From IMG/VR virus record IMGVR_UViG_2765235885_000002, positions 1,689 to 65,688 of that record: a DNA stretch of 64,000 nt. One strand, written 5' to 3'. Origin of the DNA: a virus. Taxonomy: Duplodnaviria > Caudoviricetes. Both the position numbers and the translations under genes were made by a program. The notes beneath the pieces were generated by a model, which saw nothing but the letters and a program-made list of their open reading frames with translations, had not been told where the DNA came from and did not search any database. This document shows positions 26,529-35,598 of this stretch, in pieces. Positions within the stretch are counted from its first letter, which is position 1. Every line of letters begins with the position of its first letter.

Positions 26529-27043
26529 GCTGTCTCCAATGATTCGATCTCCGCGGAGCGTGACCGGCGGAAGGTCCGTTCGGCGTGGCAGTTCGCGCAC
26601 ACGACCTCGCATTTCGCGATTTCAGCTACCAGACGTGCCCGCCCTGAGGTCGGCCCCATCTGCCCGATGTTGAAATGCTTGTCGCCGAGGTGGTCGAACT
26701 GCATGACGTAATACGGGTACTGCACGGCACAATCGGCGCAGGGCCGCTCTTTCAGAGACCGAATCAGTTGCCTGTTCGTCATTCGATAACGGAGCTTCGC
26801 AGCCTCCCAGGTTTCTGGGCTATTGACTCGATACTTCGCTGCCGCCTCACGGTTCCGGCCACGCGTACCGTGCCGCGTCTCTTCATCAAGCCCTTTCCAG
26901 TGGGCATGACACTTGTCGACGTGGGCTTTTTCACACGCTACGCAGGGATCTTCTCGCGCTTTTCGGTGTGCTTGGTAGCCCGCATCGTGTCCTGTCCGGC
27001 CCTCTGGGTAAGCGCGCGTCCGAATTTCGCAGACACCACTCAC
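26525..27043 (-). CDS. HNH endonuclease
   Basis: CADC...FDH...EIAKCEVVCANCH. Confidence 0.85.
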   Translation of the reverse strand: MSGVCEIRTRAYPEGRTGHDAGYQAHRKAREDPCVACEKAHVDKCHAHWKGLDEETRHGTRGRNREAAAKYRVNSPETWEAAKLRYRMTNRQLIRSLKERPCADCAVQYPYYVMQFDHLGDKHFNIGQMGPTSGRARLVAEIAKCEVVCANCHAERTFRRSRSAEIESLETA

Positions 27044-27056
27044 GGTTCTCCTTCGG

Positions 27057-28397
27057 TCAGAACAGCGTCAGTGCGCCGTCGGGTTCGATGCGTGCCCTCG
27101 GTGGCCGCTTGTTCGAGTGGTTCTCGGTAGCCGGTGGCGGCGGGAAGTCCTTCGCAGGCAGTCCGCTGGATTCGCGGACATACTCCTCGAGGCCACGGTC
27201 CGGGAACAGGATCTTCGCGTCGACGAGAGTCTTCAACGCCGCCGCGGTTGCGTCCTGCCGAGATCCGATCTCGTCGAACACAATCCGCGGTGCCGGTGCG
27301 TCCTCGCCGAAGTTGATGTCGACGAGGTCCTCGACGATGTGAGCATTCGCCGTGTCAGCGATCTGCTCCGCCAGGGACTGCACCGACTGCGCGAAAGTGT
27401 CGTTCAGAACTGAAGCGAGCGAGTAGCTTCCACCGCGGTCCAGGTTCAGGAAGTGCGCGAGGCCGGCGAGGGCGATCTGCTTGTCGTGGTATTCGATCGC
27501 CAACTGCATGTCCGGCAGGTTGCCCTGCACGCCGAGCAGTTTCAGATCAGCACCGAACGGCAAACCAACACCGGAATTCGCGCCGCCCTTGTACGCCGAT
27601 GCCATCTTCTGCAGCTTGATGATGTCTTCTTCGCTGGCACCCTCGGCACCAGTAGCGACCGGGACACCCATGCCGTTACGGCGGGCCGTACCGGCTTGGA
27701 TCTTCATCAGCTCGTCCTTCAGCAGCCAATGCTTGTAGGCGGGCCGGAGAAGCGAATTACCGGACCACTGACCAGGTTCCGGGTCGCGAACGTATGCCAC
27801 CAGCCGGGACACCCCGATCTCGATGCCGCCCGCCAGCATTCGTTCCAAAGTCAATGCACCTTGGGGTGCGCGCTGCACGATCGAGTCGAGGCCGCCATCG
27901 AGCGCCACGTTGATCTTGCTGATCGTCTTCTGGGGACGCGGTGCCAACTTGCGGAGGTGGGCACGGATGTTCGTGCCTTCACCCTCGATTCGATAGACCT
28001 GCTCGAAGAACGAGTGACCGTAAGTCAGCATCAGCAGAGCAGTCTGCAGATGCTGGTTCCACGAAAACCGCCCCTTCGTCCGCGGCAAGGACAGGGCAGT
28101 TTCCGCGCCCTTGATCTTCAAACCCAAGTTGCGGGCAACGAACTCGGCCACCTCATCCGAGGCACCGTTCTGGTCGATACGCCACGCGGTCTGCCGGATC
28201 GGGAGACCGATAGCCGAAATGACAGAGGACACTCGGCCGTCCTCACGCAGCATCCGCGAGTACACGTCGATGCACTGCGGCCACTGCAGTTCCGGCAGCC
28301 GCTCGCTCTCATCCCATTGCTGGTAGTTCAACCCGTCTGGGTTGACGTATCCGGACTCCTCGAATGCGGGAGGAGGCGGCGGTTTCGTATCGACCAT
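27057..28397 (-). CDS. Portal protein (DUF935/Mu gp29-like)
   Basis: YGHSFFEQV, G.SLLRPAYKHW..K, GGSYSLASV motifs; follows terminase. Confidence 0.9.
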   Translation of the reverse strand: MVDTKPPPPPAFEESGYVNPDGLNYQQWDESERLPELQWPQCIDVYSRMLREDGRVSSVISAIGLPIRQTAWRIDQNGASDEVAEFVARNLGLKIKGAETALSLPRTKGRFSWNQHLQTALLMLTYGHSFFEQVYRIEGEGTNIRAHLRKLAPRPQKTISKINVALDGGLDSIVQRAPQGALTLERMLAGGIEIGVSRLVAYVRDPEPGQWSGNSLLRPAYKHWLLKDELMKIQAGTARRNGMGVPVATGAEGASEEDIIKLQKMASAYKGGANSGVGLPFGADLKLLGVQGNLPDMQLAIEYHDKQIALAGLAHFLNLDRGGSYSLASVLNDTFAQSVQSLAEQIADTANAHIVEDLVDINFGEDAPAPRIVFDEIGSRQDATAAALKTLVDAKILFPDRGLEEYVRESSGLPAKDFPPPPATENHSNKRPPRARIEPDGALTLF

Positions 28398-28414
28398 CAG
28401 CTACTCCTCCTCTC

Positions 28415-29914
28415 TCAAAATGCGCCCATGATGTCGAGTTCGTCGACATCCATAAGGTCGGTGTCCATCGCCGGTGACGCCGGCGGCACCACGACTCGGC
28501 TACCAAAAGTCAGCAACCCGTAATGCGCCAGAGACGCAGCGACAAGCGGCGAAATCTGCGCCTGCCCTTTGCGGTTCCACGCCCGACCACCCGCGAGATC
28601 ACGCCACTGCGCGGCCTCGATCGCGCCGTACAACAACGGGTCACCCGTATGCGACAGCTTCGCGTTGACAGCATCGTCGTAGAAGTTTCCGCAGGCCTGC
28701 ACGAACTCGGTGGTATTCGTCGTCTCGGCCTCGATACCGGCCTGCAGCAACGGATTCACCAACGTCATCGCGGGCGACTGCTTATCGATCACCAGTGCGC
28801 ACGGTTCCCACCGTTCGATCAGCCGGATGATGAACGGCACTACCTCGTCGGACGGTGCCTGATGGAACCCGACCTCGACATGCACACCGCCACCGGACAC
28901 GCGTTGCGCCGCAGCGATCGAGCACCACTTGCGGTCAGGGGTCATGTCCACGGCCAGTGCAATCGAACCCGTCAACGTCGGTGCCGCGTTCGCCATGTCG
29001 GACCACTGCTCCAAGTCGATGACATGCTCGACGTCGTCCGTGTCCGTGTCCGGCGGCCAGATCCCCATCGCCTCGCGACGCCATGAATCTTCGTCCGGGA
29101 TGTTCTCCCGCATCCGCAGCATCGCGTCGAGCGGAGTGCGGTGCGGATACGACGGATTGAACGTGTGGAACTTGGACTGATCGTCCGGGTCTGTGTCGGG
29201 GTCAGCCGAGATCTCGCAGTAGACCTGATGGAGGGTGAGCCCGGCGAGCGCCTTCTTGCGCTTCGAGGTGAACGCATCACCGTCATCGGTCGGCCGCGGC
29301 GGCGTGCCGATGAAGAACACGAGACCACCGTGCTCATGCCGAGCGGCGTTCGTCGCCGGCACCATATCCTCAAGCGCCTTCACGCCCAGAATCTGCGCCT
29401 CATCGAACACCTCGACATCGATCGCATCCATACCGCGACCAAAACCCTGCTCGCGTGCACCGAACATGATGATCGATCCGTTGACGAATCGAATCTCCTG
29501 CTCGCCGTTCGCAGTACGGATACCGTTCGGGGCGATGTGCGGCCACAGCTTCTCGCGTCGCACCATCGACTGCATCGAACGGAACGTGTTCGTAGTCGTA
29601 CGGTTATGGTGCGAAGTCCAGATCGCTCGCAGGTTCGGGAACTCCAAGCACAACCCGATGATGAGATTGCCTACCGTGTAAGTCTTGCCGACCTGCCTCG
29701 GAATTGACGCGACGACTCCACCGATGGACGCCGCATACTTCCCCGACTCACGGCACCCCAACGCGACAGACCCGAAACCCTGCTGCCACTGGTCGAACGA
29801 CACTCCGACGTCGAGCAGCCTGCGGTAGACCCGCGGAAACTGGGAGGTGACAATCCCTTCGGGGATGACCAAGTGGCGCGCGACATCAGAGAGCCGACGC
29901 GTCGAACCGGTCAT
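28415..29914 (-). CDS. Terminase large subunit
   Basis: PRQVGKT Walker A, FDEAQ Walker B, C-terminal nuclease domain. Confidence 0.95.
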   Translation of the reverse strand: MTGSTRRLSDVARHLVIPEGIVTSQFPRVYRRLLDVGVSFDQWQQGFGSVALGCRESGKYAASIGGVVASIPRQVGKTYTVGNLIIGLCLEFPNLRAIWTSHHNRTTTNTFRSMQSMVRREKLWPHIAPNGIRTANGEQEIRFVNGSIIMFGAREQGFGRGMDAIDVEVFDEAQILGVKALEDMVPATNAARHEHGGLVFFIGTPPRPTDDGDAFTSKRKKALAGLTLHQVYCEISADPDTDPDDQSKFHTFNPSYPHRTPLDAMLRMRENIPDEDSWRREAMGIWPPDTDTDDVEHVIDLEQWSDMANAAPTLTGSIALAVDMTPDRKWCSIAAAQRVSGGGVHVEVGFHQAPSDEVVPFIIRLIERWEPCALVIDKQSPAMTLVNPLLQAGIEAETTNTTEFVQACGNFYDDAVNAKLSHTGDPLLYGAIEAAQWRDLAGGRAWNRKGQAQISPLVAASLAHYGLLTFGSRVVVPPASPAMDTDLMDVDELDIMGAF

Positions 29915-30239
29915 TGATCATTCCCATCAGCAGCTCGTGCTCCGGGGCCACCTCACGAAGAGCGGACTCCAGAGCACGCACACGACCGGGAGCATCGTCT
30001 TCCCTCGCATCGATCGCCTCGATCTCGTTCGCGATGTCCTGCAACCGCTTCGTCAAAGAAGCGAGATCACGCGGTGGACAATTGGGATTCGAGACCGCCC
30101 CAGCGATCCGATCCCGCATAGCCACCAGCAACGCCCGATGAGAGCCGCTCATAGCTGCCACATCCACCGACTGCGCCTCTGTGAGGGCAGGAGCCATCTC
30201 GTCAGCGGACACAGCACGCAGAGGCTTCGCAGCGGTCAT
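29886..30239 (-). CDS. Terminase small subunit
   Basis: AGGAGG RBS; PPRDLASLTKRL motif; overlaps large subunit start. Confidence 0.85.
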   Translation of the reverse strand: MTAAKPLRAVSADEMAPALTEAQSVDVAAMSGSHRALLVAMRDRIAGAVSNPNCPPRDLASLTKRLQDIANEIEAIDAREDDAPGRVRALESALREVAPEHELLMGMINDRFDASAL

Positions 30240-30344
30240 CAGGGACACCTCCTAGAGAGCAGCCGTGTGGAAAAGCAGTAGAGAGAGATGGTGACTAGCC
30301 GAAGCGTTGGGAGTCGTTTGACCCCTCCCCTCAACAATCTGAGG

Positions 30345-30392
30345 CTCTGACCAGCGGAAATGCAGTCCGCGGGGTGTTAGGCCTCTGACCAG
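30345..30392. repeat. 10-bp direct repeat in probable cos/packaging region
   Basis: CTCTGACCAG at 30345-30354 and 30383-30392 in the gap between HNH and terminase small subunit. Confidence 0.5.
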
Positions 30393-30395
30393 GCG

Positions 30396-31238
30396 TTATA
30401 CCGCTATGGGCTCGTCCACACGGTCAGCCTTGGCTATGTTGCATCCGAGGTGGGCTGCTTGGACGTTGGTGTAGCGGTGTGGTCCGCCCCGTGAGATCGG
30501 GATGATGTGGTCGAGGCTTGCGCTATCCATGCTGGGGTAGGCGCAGTCCGGGTCGATAGGTTCGGCGCAGATGCCGCAGGTCCATTGGTCTCGCTCGTAC
30601 ACTTTGGTGCGGTTGATGTGCTCGTAGTCGACGCCAAAGTGGAGTGCCCTCTTGCGGTCGCTGTTTCGATGTGGCTGCCGTGTGGTGGTTGTGTCGTGCA
30701 GTCCGTTCGCTATGCGCCTCTGCGTCAGGGTTTCTATCCGCTTCACTGCTGCGACTGCACGCTGGCATGGCTTGCATCGGGTGGTCTCGTACCCGTGGGT
30801 GGTGGTCTTCGTGAACGGGATCGAGCAGTCGATGCAGTTGCCGCTCACGTATCGGGTTGACCGAGCACGGGTCGCGCATGTCTTCGTGCAGTAGAGGTTC
30901 CGGGAGCCGGTCGGCTGGAACGCAGAGGCGCACTGTGCACAGGGCCGGATGGGTTGCGGTGCCTTGCCGGCTTTCGCGGCAGCGCGGCGTTTAGCGGCGG
31001 CAGCCCGGTTGCCTGCTCGTTTGCCATCCGGGGTTGTGCTGCGTCCATCGTTCGGCCCATTGGGTCCGCGCACAGTAGCGCCCGGGTTCTTCGCGCGGTA
31101 ACGCTCGTTTGCTACTCGCTTCGAGCATTCCTGGCACATGCTCGATCGGCCATTGGCACGGCTGCGGTCGATGTAGAACTTGTCCAGTTCCATCTCTGTA
31201 TGGCAGGCGCGGCATGTCGCGGTGGGTGTTACGTTCAT
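30396..31238 (-). CDS. HNH endonuclease with multiple N-terminal Zn fingers
   Basis: VYERDQWTCGIC...LDHIIPISRGG.H...NVQAAH..CN. Confidence 0.9.
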   Translation of the reverse strand: MNVTPTATCRACHTEMELDKFYIDRSRANGRSSMCQECSKRVANERYRAKNPGATVRGPNGPNDGRSTTPDGKRAGNRAAAAKRRAAAKAGKAPQPIRPCAQCASAFQPTGSRNLYCTKTCATRARSTRYVSGNCIDCSIPFTKTTTHGYETTRCKPCQRAVAAVKRIETLTQRRIANGLHDTTTTRQPHRNSDRKRALHFGVDYEHINRTKVYERDQWTCGICAEPIDPDCAYPSMDSASLDHIIPISRGGPHRYTNVQAAHLGCNIAKADRVDEPIAV

Positions 31239-31268
31239 CGGGTCGACCTCTCACTCAGGTTGGCCAAT

Positions 31269-31297
31269 CCCCGGGAGTGTTGACGCACTCGCCGGGG
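31269..31297. promoter_or_regulatory. Hairpin upstream of HNH gene
   Basis: CCCCGG-GAGTG-TTGACG-CACTC-G-CCGGGG. Confidence 0.55.
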
Positions 31298-31314
31298 TTC
31301 TTACGTTGTTGCGG

Positions 31315-31668
31315 TCACCAGGCCATGGCGCACCATTGGCTTCGGTCATCGACCTCGGTGTCGAGTGGTGCATCCGGTGGGTCGCCCGTGACCGCTGGGC
31401 GTAGGTGGTCCTTCAGTCCAGCGCCGCGGCGTTTGTTGCAGATGCCATGCAAGAGGCGGTCTGCCTTTGTGCCGGTATGCAATGCGCGGGAACGGGAATG
31501 GTCACCGGCGAGTGTCTGCCCATCCCAGTTGAGTGCGTCGTCGAGCCACATCGGGAGTCCGCACCACCAGCACGGTGAGCCGTCAGTGTGCTTGGCCTTG
31601 AGGGACTTGACCTGTTGGCGGTGAGCATGGCCGAGGCCGCGTTGGGTGGTGGTCTTCTTGGCGGCCAT
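31315..31668 (-). CDS. HNH endonuclease, packaging-associated type
   Basis: RGLGH.H...CWWCG...DHS...LLH..CN; upstream of terminase. Confidence 0.85.
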   Translation of the reverse strand: MAAKKTTTQRGLGHAHRQQVKSLKAKHTDGSPCWWCGLPMWLDDALNWDGQTLAGDHSRSRALHTGTKADRLLHGICNKRRGAGLKDHLRPAVTGDPPDAPLDTEVDDRSQWCAMAW

Positions 31669-31814
31669 CAGAACTGGGTGGGTCTGGGCACGCGTTCGAG
31701 GAGTGCGTCGACTCGGTCGCGGTAGATCTGGGCGGTGACCTCGTCGCCTCGTTCTTCAGCGCCGCGGGCGAGGAGGCGGGCGTCGACGATCTGCTCATTC
31801 AGGGTGGGGAGCAT
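31668..31814 (-). CDS. Hypothetical protein (48 aa)
   Basis: GAGGTG RBS; TGATG-coupled to HNH. Confidence 0.6.
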   Translation of the reverse strand: MLPTLNEQIVDARLLARGAEERGDEVTAQIYRDRVDALLERVPRPTQF

Positions 31815-31862
31815 GACGGCACCTCGTTTACCCGCCGGTGGCGATAGTTGCCTTTGCACTGG

Positions 31863-31934
31863 TCAGCGAGTTGGCCTACTCATCACCCAACGGACGATGC
31901 AGGCGATGATCTCGGCCCACAGTTCGCCGATCAT
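31863..31934 (-). CDS. Micro-ORF, 23 aa amphipathic (MIGELWAEIIACIVRWVMSRPTR)
   Basis: ATGA overlap with preceding micro-ORF. Confidence 0.4.
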   Translation of the reverse strand: MIGELWAEIIACIVRWVMSRPTR

Positions 31935-32029
31935 GGGCAGTGCCGAGTCAGTACGACGCATCCACTCTTGCCATGGACCCGGCAGTGCGGCACACACAGG
32001 AGCCGGACCAACCCCGCGCGCCAGTGCAT
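31931..32029 (-). CDS. Micro-ORF, 32 aa Cys/His-rich
   Basis: TGATG overlap with preceding micro-ORF. Confidence 0.35.
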   Translation of the reverse strand: MHWRAGLVRLLCVPHCRVHGKSGCVVLTRHCP

Positions 32030-32124
32030 CAGAACAGGGACAGCAACGGGATGATCAGGCCAGCGATGCCGATGATCGCTTTGCCGACAGCAAGGTACGT
32101 CGAGAACGGGTATCCGAACAGCAT
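32029..32124 (-). CDS. Micro-ORF, 31 aa hydrophobic single-TM peptide
   Basis: AGAAGGG RBS; MLFGYPFSTYLAVGKAIIGIAGLIIPLLSLF. Confidence 0.55.
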   Translation of the reverse strand: MLFGYPFSTYLAVGKAIIGIAGLIIPLLSLF

Positions 32125-32413
32125 GACGAGTGCCCTTCTGTCAGTGGGAAGTTGAGCCCTCGATGTGGGGCTGCAGCGTTGACCTAGCGCGGGAACGCAT
32201 CACAGGGCGCTTTACCGGTGAGAAGTCGCGAAGAGCCGGCGTTCACAGCGGCATCGAGGGAGTTGGTTGGCCGCGCTCCGTGTTGACACGGACACCGCCC
32301 GGATTCCGGGTGATGCTGGGGAAGTCGCGGCCAAGAATGTGGGCGCTATTCGACGGATGTTTCCGGAAACGCGTACACGTCTGTTACCTGCGGATCAGTG
32401 TGACATAGCGTTG

Positions 32414-32692
32414 TTAGCTATGCAAACCTTTGCGGTGGCGTGTCGCCTGAGCGATCCGTTCGACGTCGTAGAGGTTGACGAGATGGCCCCAAGGCTGGCG
32501 GGTTACAACCGGTTTGAGCAGGCCCCTGCTGATCCACTTGCGGAGTACTACCTCTGTGCGTCCCACATGTGCGGCGGCCAGTTTCAGTGTGAGCAGTTCC
32601 GGTTCCTCGAAGTCGATCGACGGCGGATTGAGTACATATCCGGATGACTGCCTGATTGGTGCCTCTACGTTCACGGAACCCTCTTCCACCAC
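32414..32692 (-). CDS. HTH DNA-binding protein (MerR/excisionase-like), candidate late regulator
   Basis: LTLKLAAAHVGRTEVVLRKWISRGLL; last gene before late leader. Confidence 0.7.
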   Translation of the reverse strand: MVEEGSVNVEAPIRQSSGYVLNPPSIDFEEPELLTLKLAAAHVGRTEVVLRKWISRGLLKPVVTRQPWGHLVNLYDVERIAQATRHRKGLHS

Positions 32693-32711
32693 CGCAAGGA
32701 ATGAGACCCGA

Positions 32712-32894
32712 TCATCTTAGCAACGCTAATCTTCTCCGTTCTCGTTCTACGGCCTGCGCTGGGAGTAGCCAGCCTCGTTGGATCTGGCGTAGCCAGGGTT
32801 GATGCGACCAGAAGCGGTACATGTCATTTACTTTGGGCGGCTTCGGCCGTTCCAGTTCGACCCACCGGCCGCCCTCACTACCTGTCTTGGCCAT
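32712..32894 (-). CDS. Hypothetical protein
   Basis: In early operon. Confidence 0.5.
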   Translation of the reverse strand: MAKTGSEGGRWVELERPKPPKVNDMYRFWSHQPWLRQIQRGWLLPAQAVERERRRLALLR

Positions 32895-33201
32895 CGATAT
32901 CCGGCCATTCGTATTCGACGTCCGGGTATGGCGGTTGTGCCCTGGTGGCGTAATGCTTGCCGTCGTGATGGGCGGGCAACTTGCAGTGAACGGTCAGGTC
33001 GCCCGCGAGGATCATGTTGGTGGCAGTGGCGGTGCACCGTTCCCACACAGATCGGGCGTGCCACTGTTCGTGATGACCGCGGTTTACAGACCAGACGAGG
33101 GCTGAGCATTCCGGGCACTGGTCGAACGAGACGTCCTCCGGCTCGGTACTGCTGGGCGGGATTACCTGCATCGTCGCCACGGTCGTCCAGTTGTTGCTCA
33201 C
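32878..33201 (-). CDS. Hypothetical protein with CPxC...HHxxWH zinc finger
   Basis: GTGA coupling; motif visible. Confidence 0.6.
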   Translation of the reverse strand: MSNNWTTVATMQVIPPSSTEPEDVSFDQCPECSALVWSVNRGHHEQWHARSVWERCTATATNMILAGDLTVHCKLPAHHDGKHYATRAQPPYPDVEYEWPDIDGQDR

Positions 33202-33614
33202 CATGCCCAGTTCTCCTGATAGTCGGGGTGATTCGAGTACACCGATGCCAGGTGCCACAATGCTTCCTCGGCGATGCCATCCCATCCTGGCTCAGTGCAA
33301 CCGTTGGCGATCTGCTGTAGACACTCGACGGCTTTCCGTTTGGCTGCGACGTCGCGCAGTACCCGCGCCGGATCGTGCCGGGCGATGTGCTGCACGTCCG
33401 GTTCGTCACTGATCCACTCCGACGATGCCGGGAACTGGTCCTGATCGAAGGCGCACACAGCGATCTCCTCGTGCGGCCCGCCACGGACAGTCAGGGAGTG
33501 GCCCCGGTCTACCAGTGCCCACGGTCCCGGTGTGGCCTTCCGTGCCTCAGCTTCGTCCTCGTCCAGTCGGCGGATGATGAACTCGAATCCCGTACTTCTT
33601 CTCTGCTCGTTCAC
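33198..33614 (-). CDS. DUF6221-like protein
   Basis: ATPGPW...HIARHDPARVLRDV.AKR...LA.VY..HPDY.E.W. Confidence 0.75.
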   Translation of the reverse strand: MNEQRRSTGFEFIIRRLDEDEAEARKATPGPWALVDRGHSLTVRGGPHEEIAVCAFDQDQFPASSEWISDEPDVQHIARHDPARVLRDVAAKRKAVECLQQIANGCTEPGWDGIAEEALWHLASVYSNHPDYQENWAW

Positions 33615-33928
33615 TACTCGTCCTCGATGTCGTTGAGGCTGAACACGGTGGTGTCGGCCTTCGGTGGGTCCACGACGTAGATGGCATCGGCGGGCACCAG
33701 GGTCGACACGGTGACGGTCACATCGGCGACCATGTCGATGGACTCGAGCATGCTACGCACCTTCGGTTCCATGCTCTGTAAGCAGATGATCATTTTCGGT
33801 GTGGTGGTGAGTGCTCGCCGCCACCGTTCTGTCGAGCAGTTCACGATGAACGCCGACATCGCGGCGGCACCGTCGTTGAGCATGTCTACTGTCGCCTGCG
33901 GCACCTGACCGGGTGTGGTTCCTGTCAT
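33614..33928 (-). CDS. Hypothetical protein
   Basis: Coupled ORF in early operon. Confidence 0.6.
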   Translation of the reverse strand: MTGTTPGQVPQATVDMLNDGAAAMSAFIVNCSTERWRRALTTTPKMIICLQSMEPKVRSMLESIDMVADVTVTVSTLVPADAIYVVDPPKADTTVFSLNDIEDE

Positions 33929-34203
33929 TGCACTGCCCGCCGTGTCTTTGGCCAATACCAGGTGCCGTGCTCGTCTCGGCGGAGACCGACTCGACGCAGC
34001 ATCGCCGCCGTGTTTTCTTCGACGACGACCCGGGCGAATTCATAGACAGCTGGCAGCTGCTCGTCGGTGATCCCCACTGCCCGGAGTTTCCGGTACTCGT
34101 TCTCGGCGTGGGCGTCCCGTTCCGCAGTGAGGAGCCGTTCACGTTTCATGTGCTCGTCTAACACGGTTTTCAGTTCGTCAGACTGGCTTGAGGGTTCAGT
34201 CAT
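33925..34203 (-). CDS. Hypothetical protein
   Basis: Coupled ORF in early operon. Confidence 0.6.
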   Translation of the reverse strand: MTEPSSQSDELKTVLDEHMKRERLLTAERDAHAENEYRKLRAVGITDEQLPAVYEFARVVVEENTAAMLRRVGLRRDEHGTWYWPKTRRAVQ

Positions 34204-34853
34204 GCTGTTGCGCCTTCCGTGTTGGCGGCAATGATGTCGGCGATCTCGTCGAGATGCACGAGGCGGTTCCATGCATCCCATCCGACGTGGATATGTCTGC
34301 ACCGAGGAGAGCTGGAGACGAGTTCCGCTCCCCGCCATGTTTCGACCCGCGCGGCCGACGGCGCGAACGCTTCGGAACTGTGAGTGTGTCCGTGCAGCAG
34401 CCACTCCCCCTGATCCCGCAGGCGGTACTGGACTCCACGGTCGGTCTCGCTGTGATCGCCCTCGTACGGGAAGTGGGACAGCAAAACTCGTTGCCCTGCG
34501 ATCTTCCTGCGGGCGAACAACTGCACCGACGTGAACGTTTGCATGAACGCGCGCTGACGGTTGTGACTGTTGCGGTTCGCCATCGGGTGCACGCTGTCGT
34601 GGTTCCCTGCGATCAGATGTATCTCGAAGCCGCCCTGTTCGCCGAGTGACGCCAGGCGGGTCAGCGCGACTCCTTCGGCTGCCGTACCCCCGGCCGTCAG
34701 GTCACCCAGGATCCACAATTGGTCACCAGGCTTCACGGTCTCCTCGATCGACTCGAAGATCACAGCGTCGTGCTCGGCGGTCGTGTCGAACCCGCGGCTC
34801 TCAGCGACTTTCAGATGGCCCCAGTGGGGATCGGACGTAAACCAGACGCTCAT
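34200..34853 (-). CDS. Calcineurin-like metallophosphoesterase
   Basis: SDPHWGH, LGD, GNHD, SHFP, HGHTH motifs. Confidence 0.92.
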   Translation of the reverse strand: MSVWFTSDPHWGHLKVAESRGFDTTAEHDAVIFESIEETVKPGDQLWILGDLTAGGTAAEGVALTRLASLGEQGGFEIHLIAGNHDSVHPMANRNSHNRQRAFMQTFTSVQLFARRKIAGQRVLLSHFPYEGDHSETDRGVQYRLRDQGEWLLHGHTHSSEAFAPSAARVETWRGAELVSSSPRCRHIHVGWDAWNRLVHLDEIADIIAANTEGATA

Positions 34854-34869
34854 AATCGGTCACCTCGCT

Positions 34870-35028
34870 TCACTGACTGACACATCCCAACCACGAGAAC
34901 GGACGATCCGCGGCGACAGGCGGCTCGATCACATCGGGACACTGATGCTCACGCCCATCGCTGAATAGGTACTGAGTCCCACAGAAACCGCAGCGGTAGT
35001 GCGGTCCGTCGTCAATCAGGGAAGTCAT
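34870..35028 (-). CDS. Small Cys-containing protein (52 aa), not in ORF track
   Basis: GAGGAG RBS; CGFCG...H.C. Confidence 0.5.
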   Translation of the reverse strand: MTSLIDDGPHYRCGFCGTQYLFSDGREHQCPDVIEPPVAADRPFSWLGCVSQ

Positions 35029-35245
35029 TAAGCAACTCCTCTGGGCTTCGATTGGCTTCGACCACAGCTGGAGGCGTGGCCGACGGCTTGACGCAGCACG
35101 TTGAGTTGCGAATGGGGCACGTCGTCACTGTGTGGGTGGATGAACTGCTCACGATGCCGGGTTCGCTAGTGAAGTGAACCCACGTCCAAGGTTGCCCGTT
35201 GTGCTCCTCGGCGAACTTGGTGATCTGGTCGATGATGTCGGTCAT
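35012..35245 (-). CDS. Hypothetical protein
   Basis: AGGAG RBS, ATGA coupling. Confidence 0.55.
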   Translation of the reverse strand: MTDIIDQITKFAEEHNGQPWTWVHFTSEPGIVSSSSTHTVTTCPIRNSTCCVKPSATPPAVVEANRSPEELLNDFPD

Positions 35246-35598
35246 CGCTCTCCTGTTCCTGCAGTTTGGTACGCGCCCATCACGGACTTGTTGACGGATT
35301 GCCAAGCGCGAAGCTCGGATTCAAGAGCCTTTGCTTGCCTGTCTGCATGGCGATACATGGCATCAGCGACATCACGCGCCTTGCGTAGGTCGATCGTCGC
35401 GAGCTCGCACGTGTACCTCTTGCCGTTCGCGGGCCCACTGTCGGCGGCCCAAGCCCTCGCATACGCAATGTCGAGAGCGTGATCAGCCTCGAGGAACGCA
35501 ACGTATCGTCTGTTGCATTCGGTGACGCCGTTGGCGATCCGGTTGGCGCACTCCCGGATCGCGGCCTCGACACTCACAGGATTGAAGACTTCAGGCAT
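35242..35598 (-). CDS. Helical coiled-coil phage protein
   Basis: Coupled ORF in early operon. Confidence 0.7.
   Translation of the reverse strand: MPEVFNPVSVEAAIRECANRIANGVTECNRRYVAFLEADHALDIAYARAWAADSGPANGKRYTCELATIDLRKARDVADAMYRHADRQAKALESELRAWQSVNKSVMGAYQTAGTGER

Noticed and set aside
32125-32410. tRNA gene in the structured intergenic region
   Set aside because: No TTCRA T-loop, acceptor stem or cloverleaf found; kept only as an unclassified structured leader
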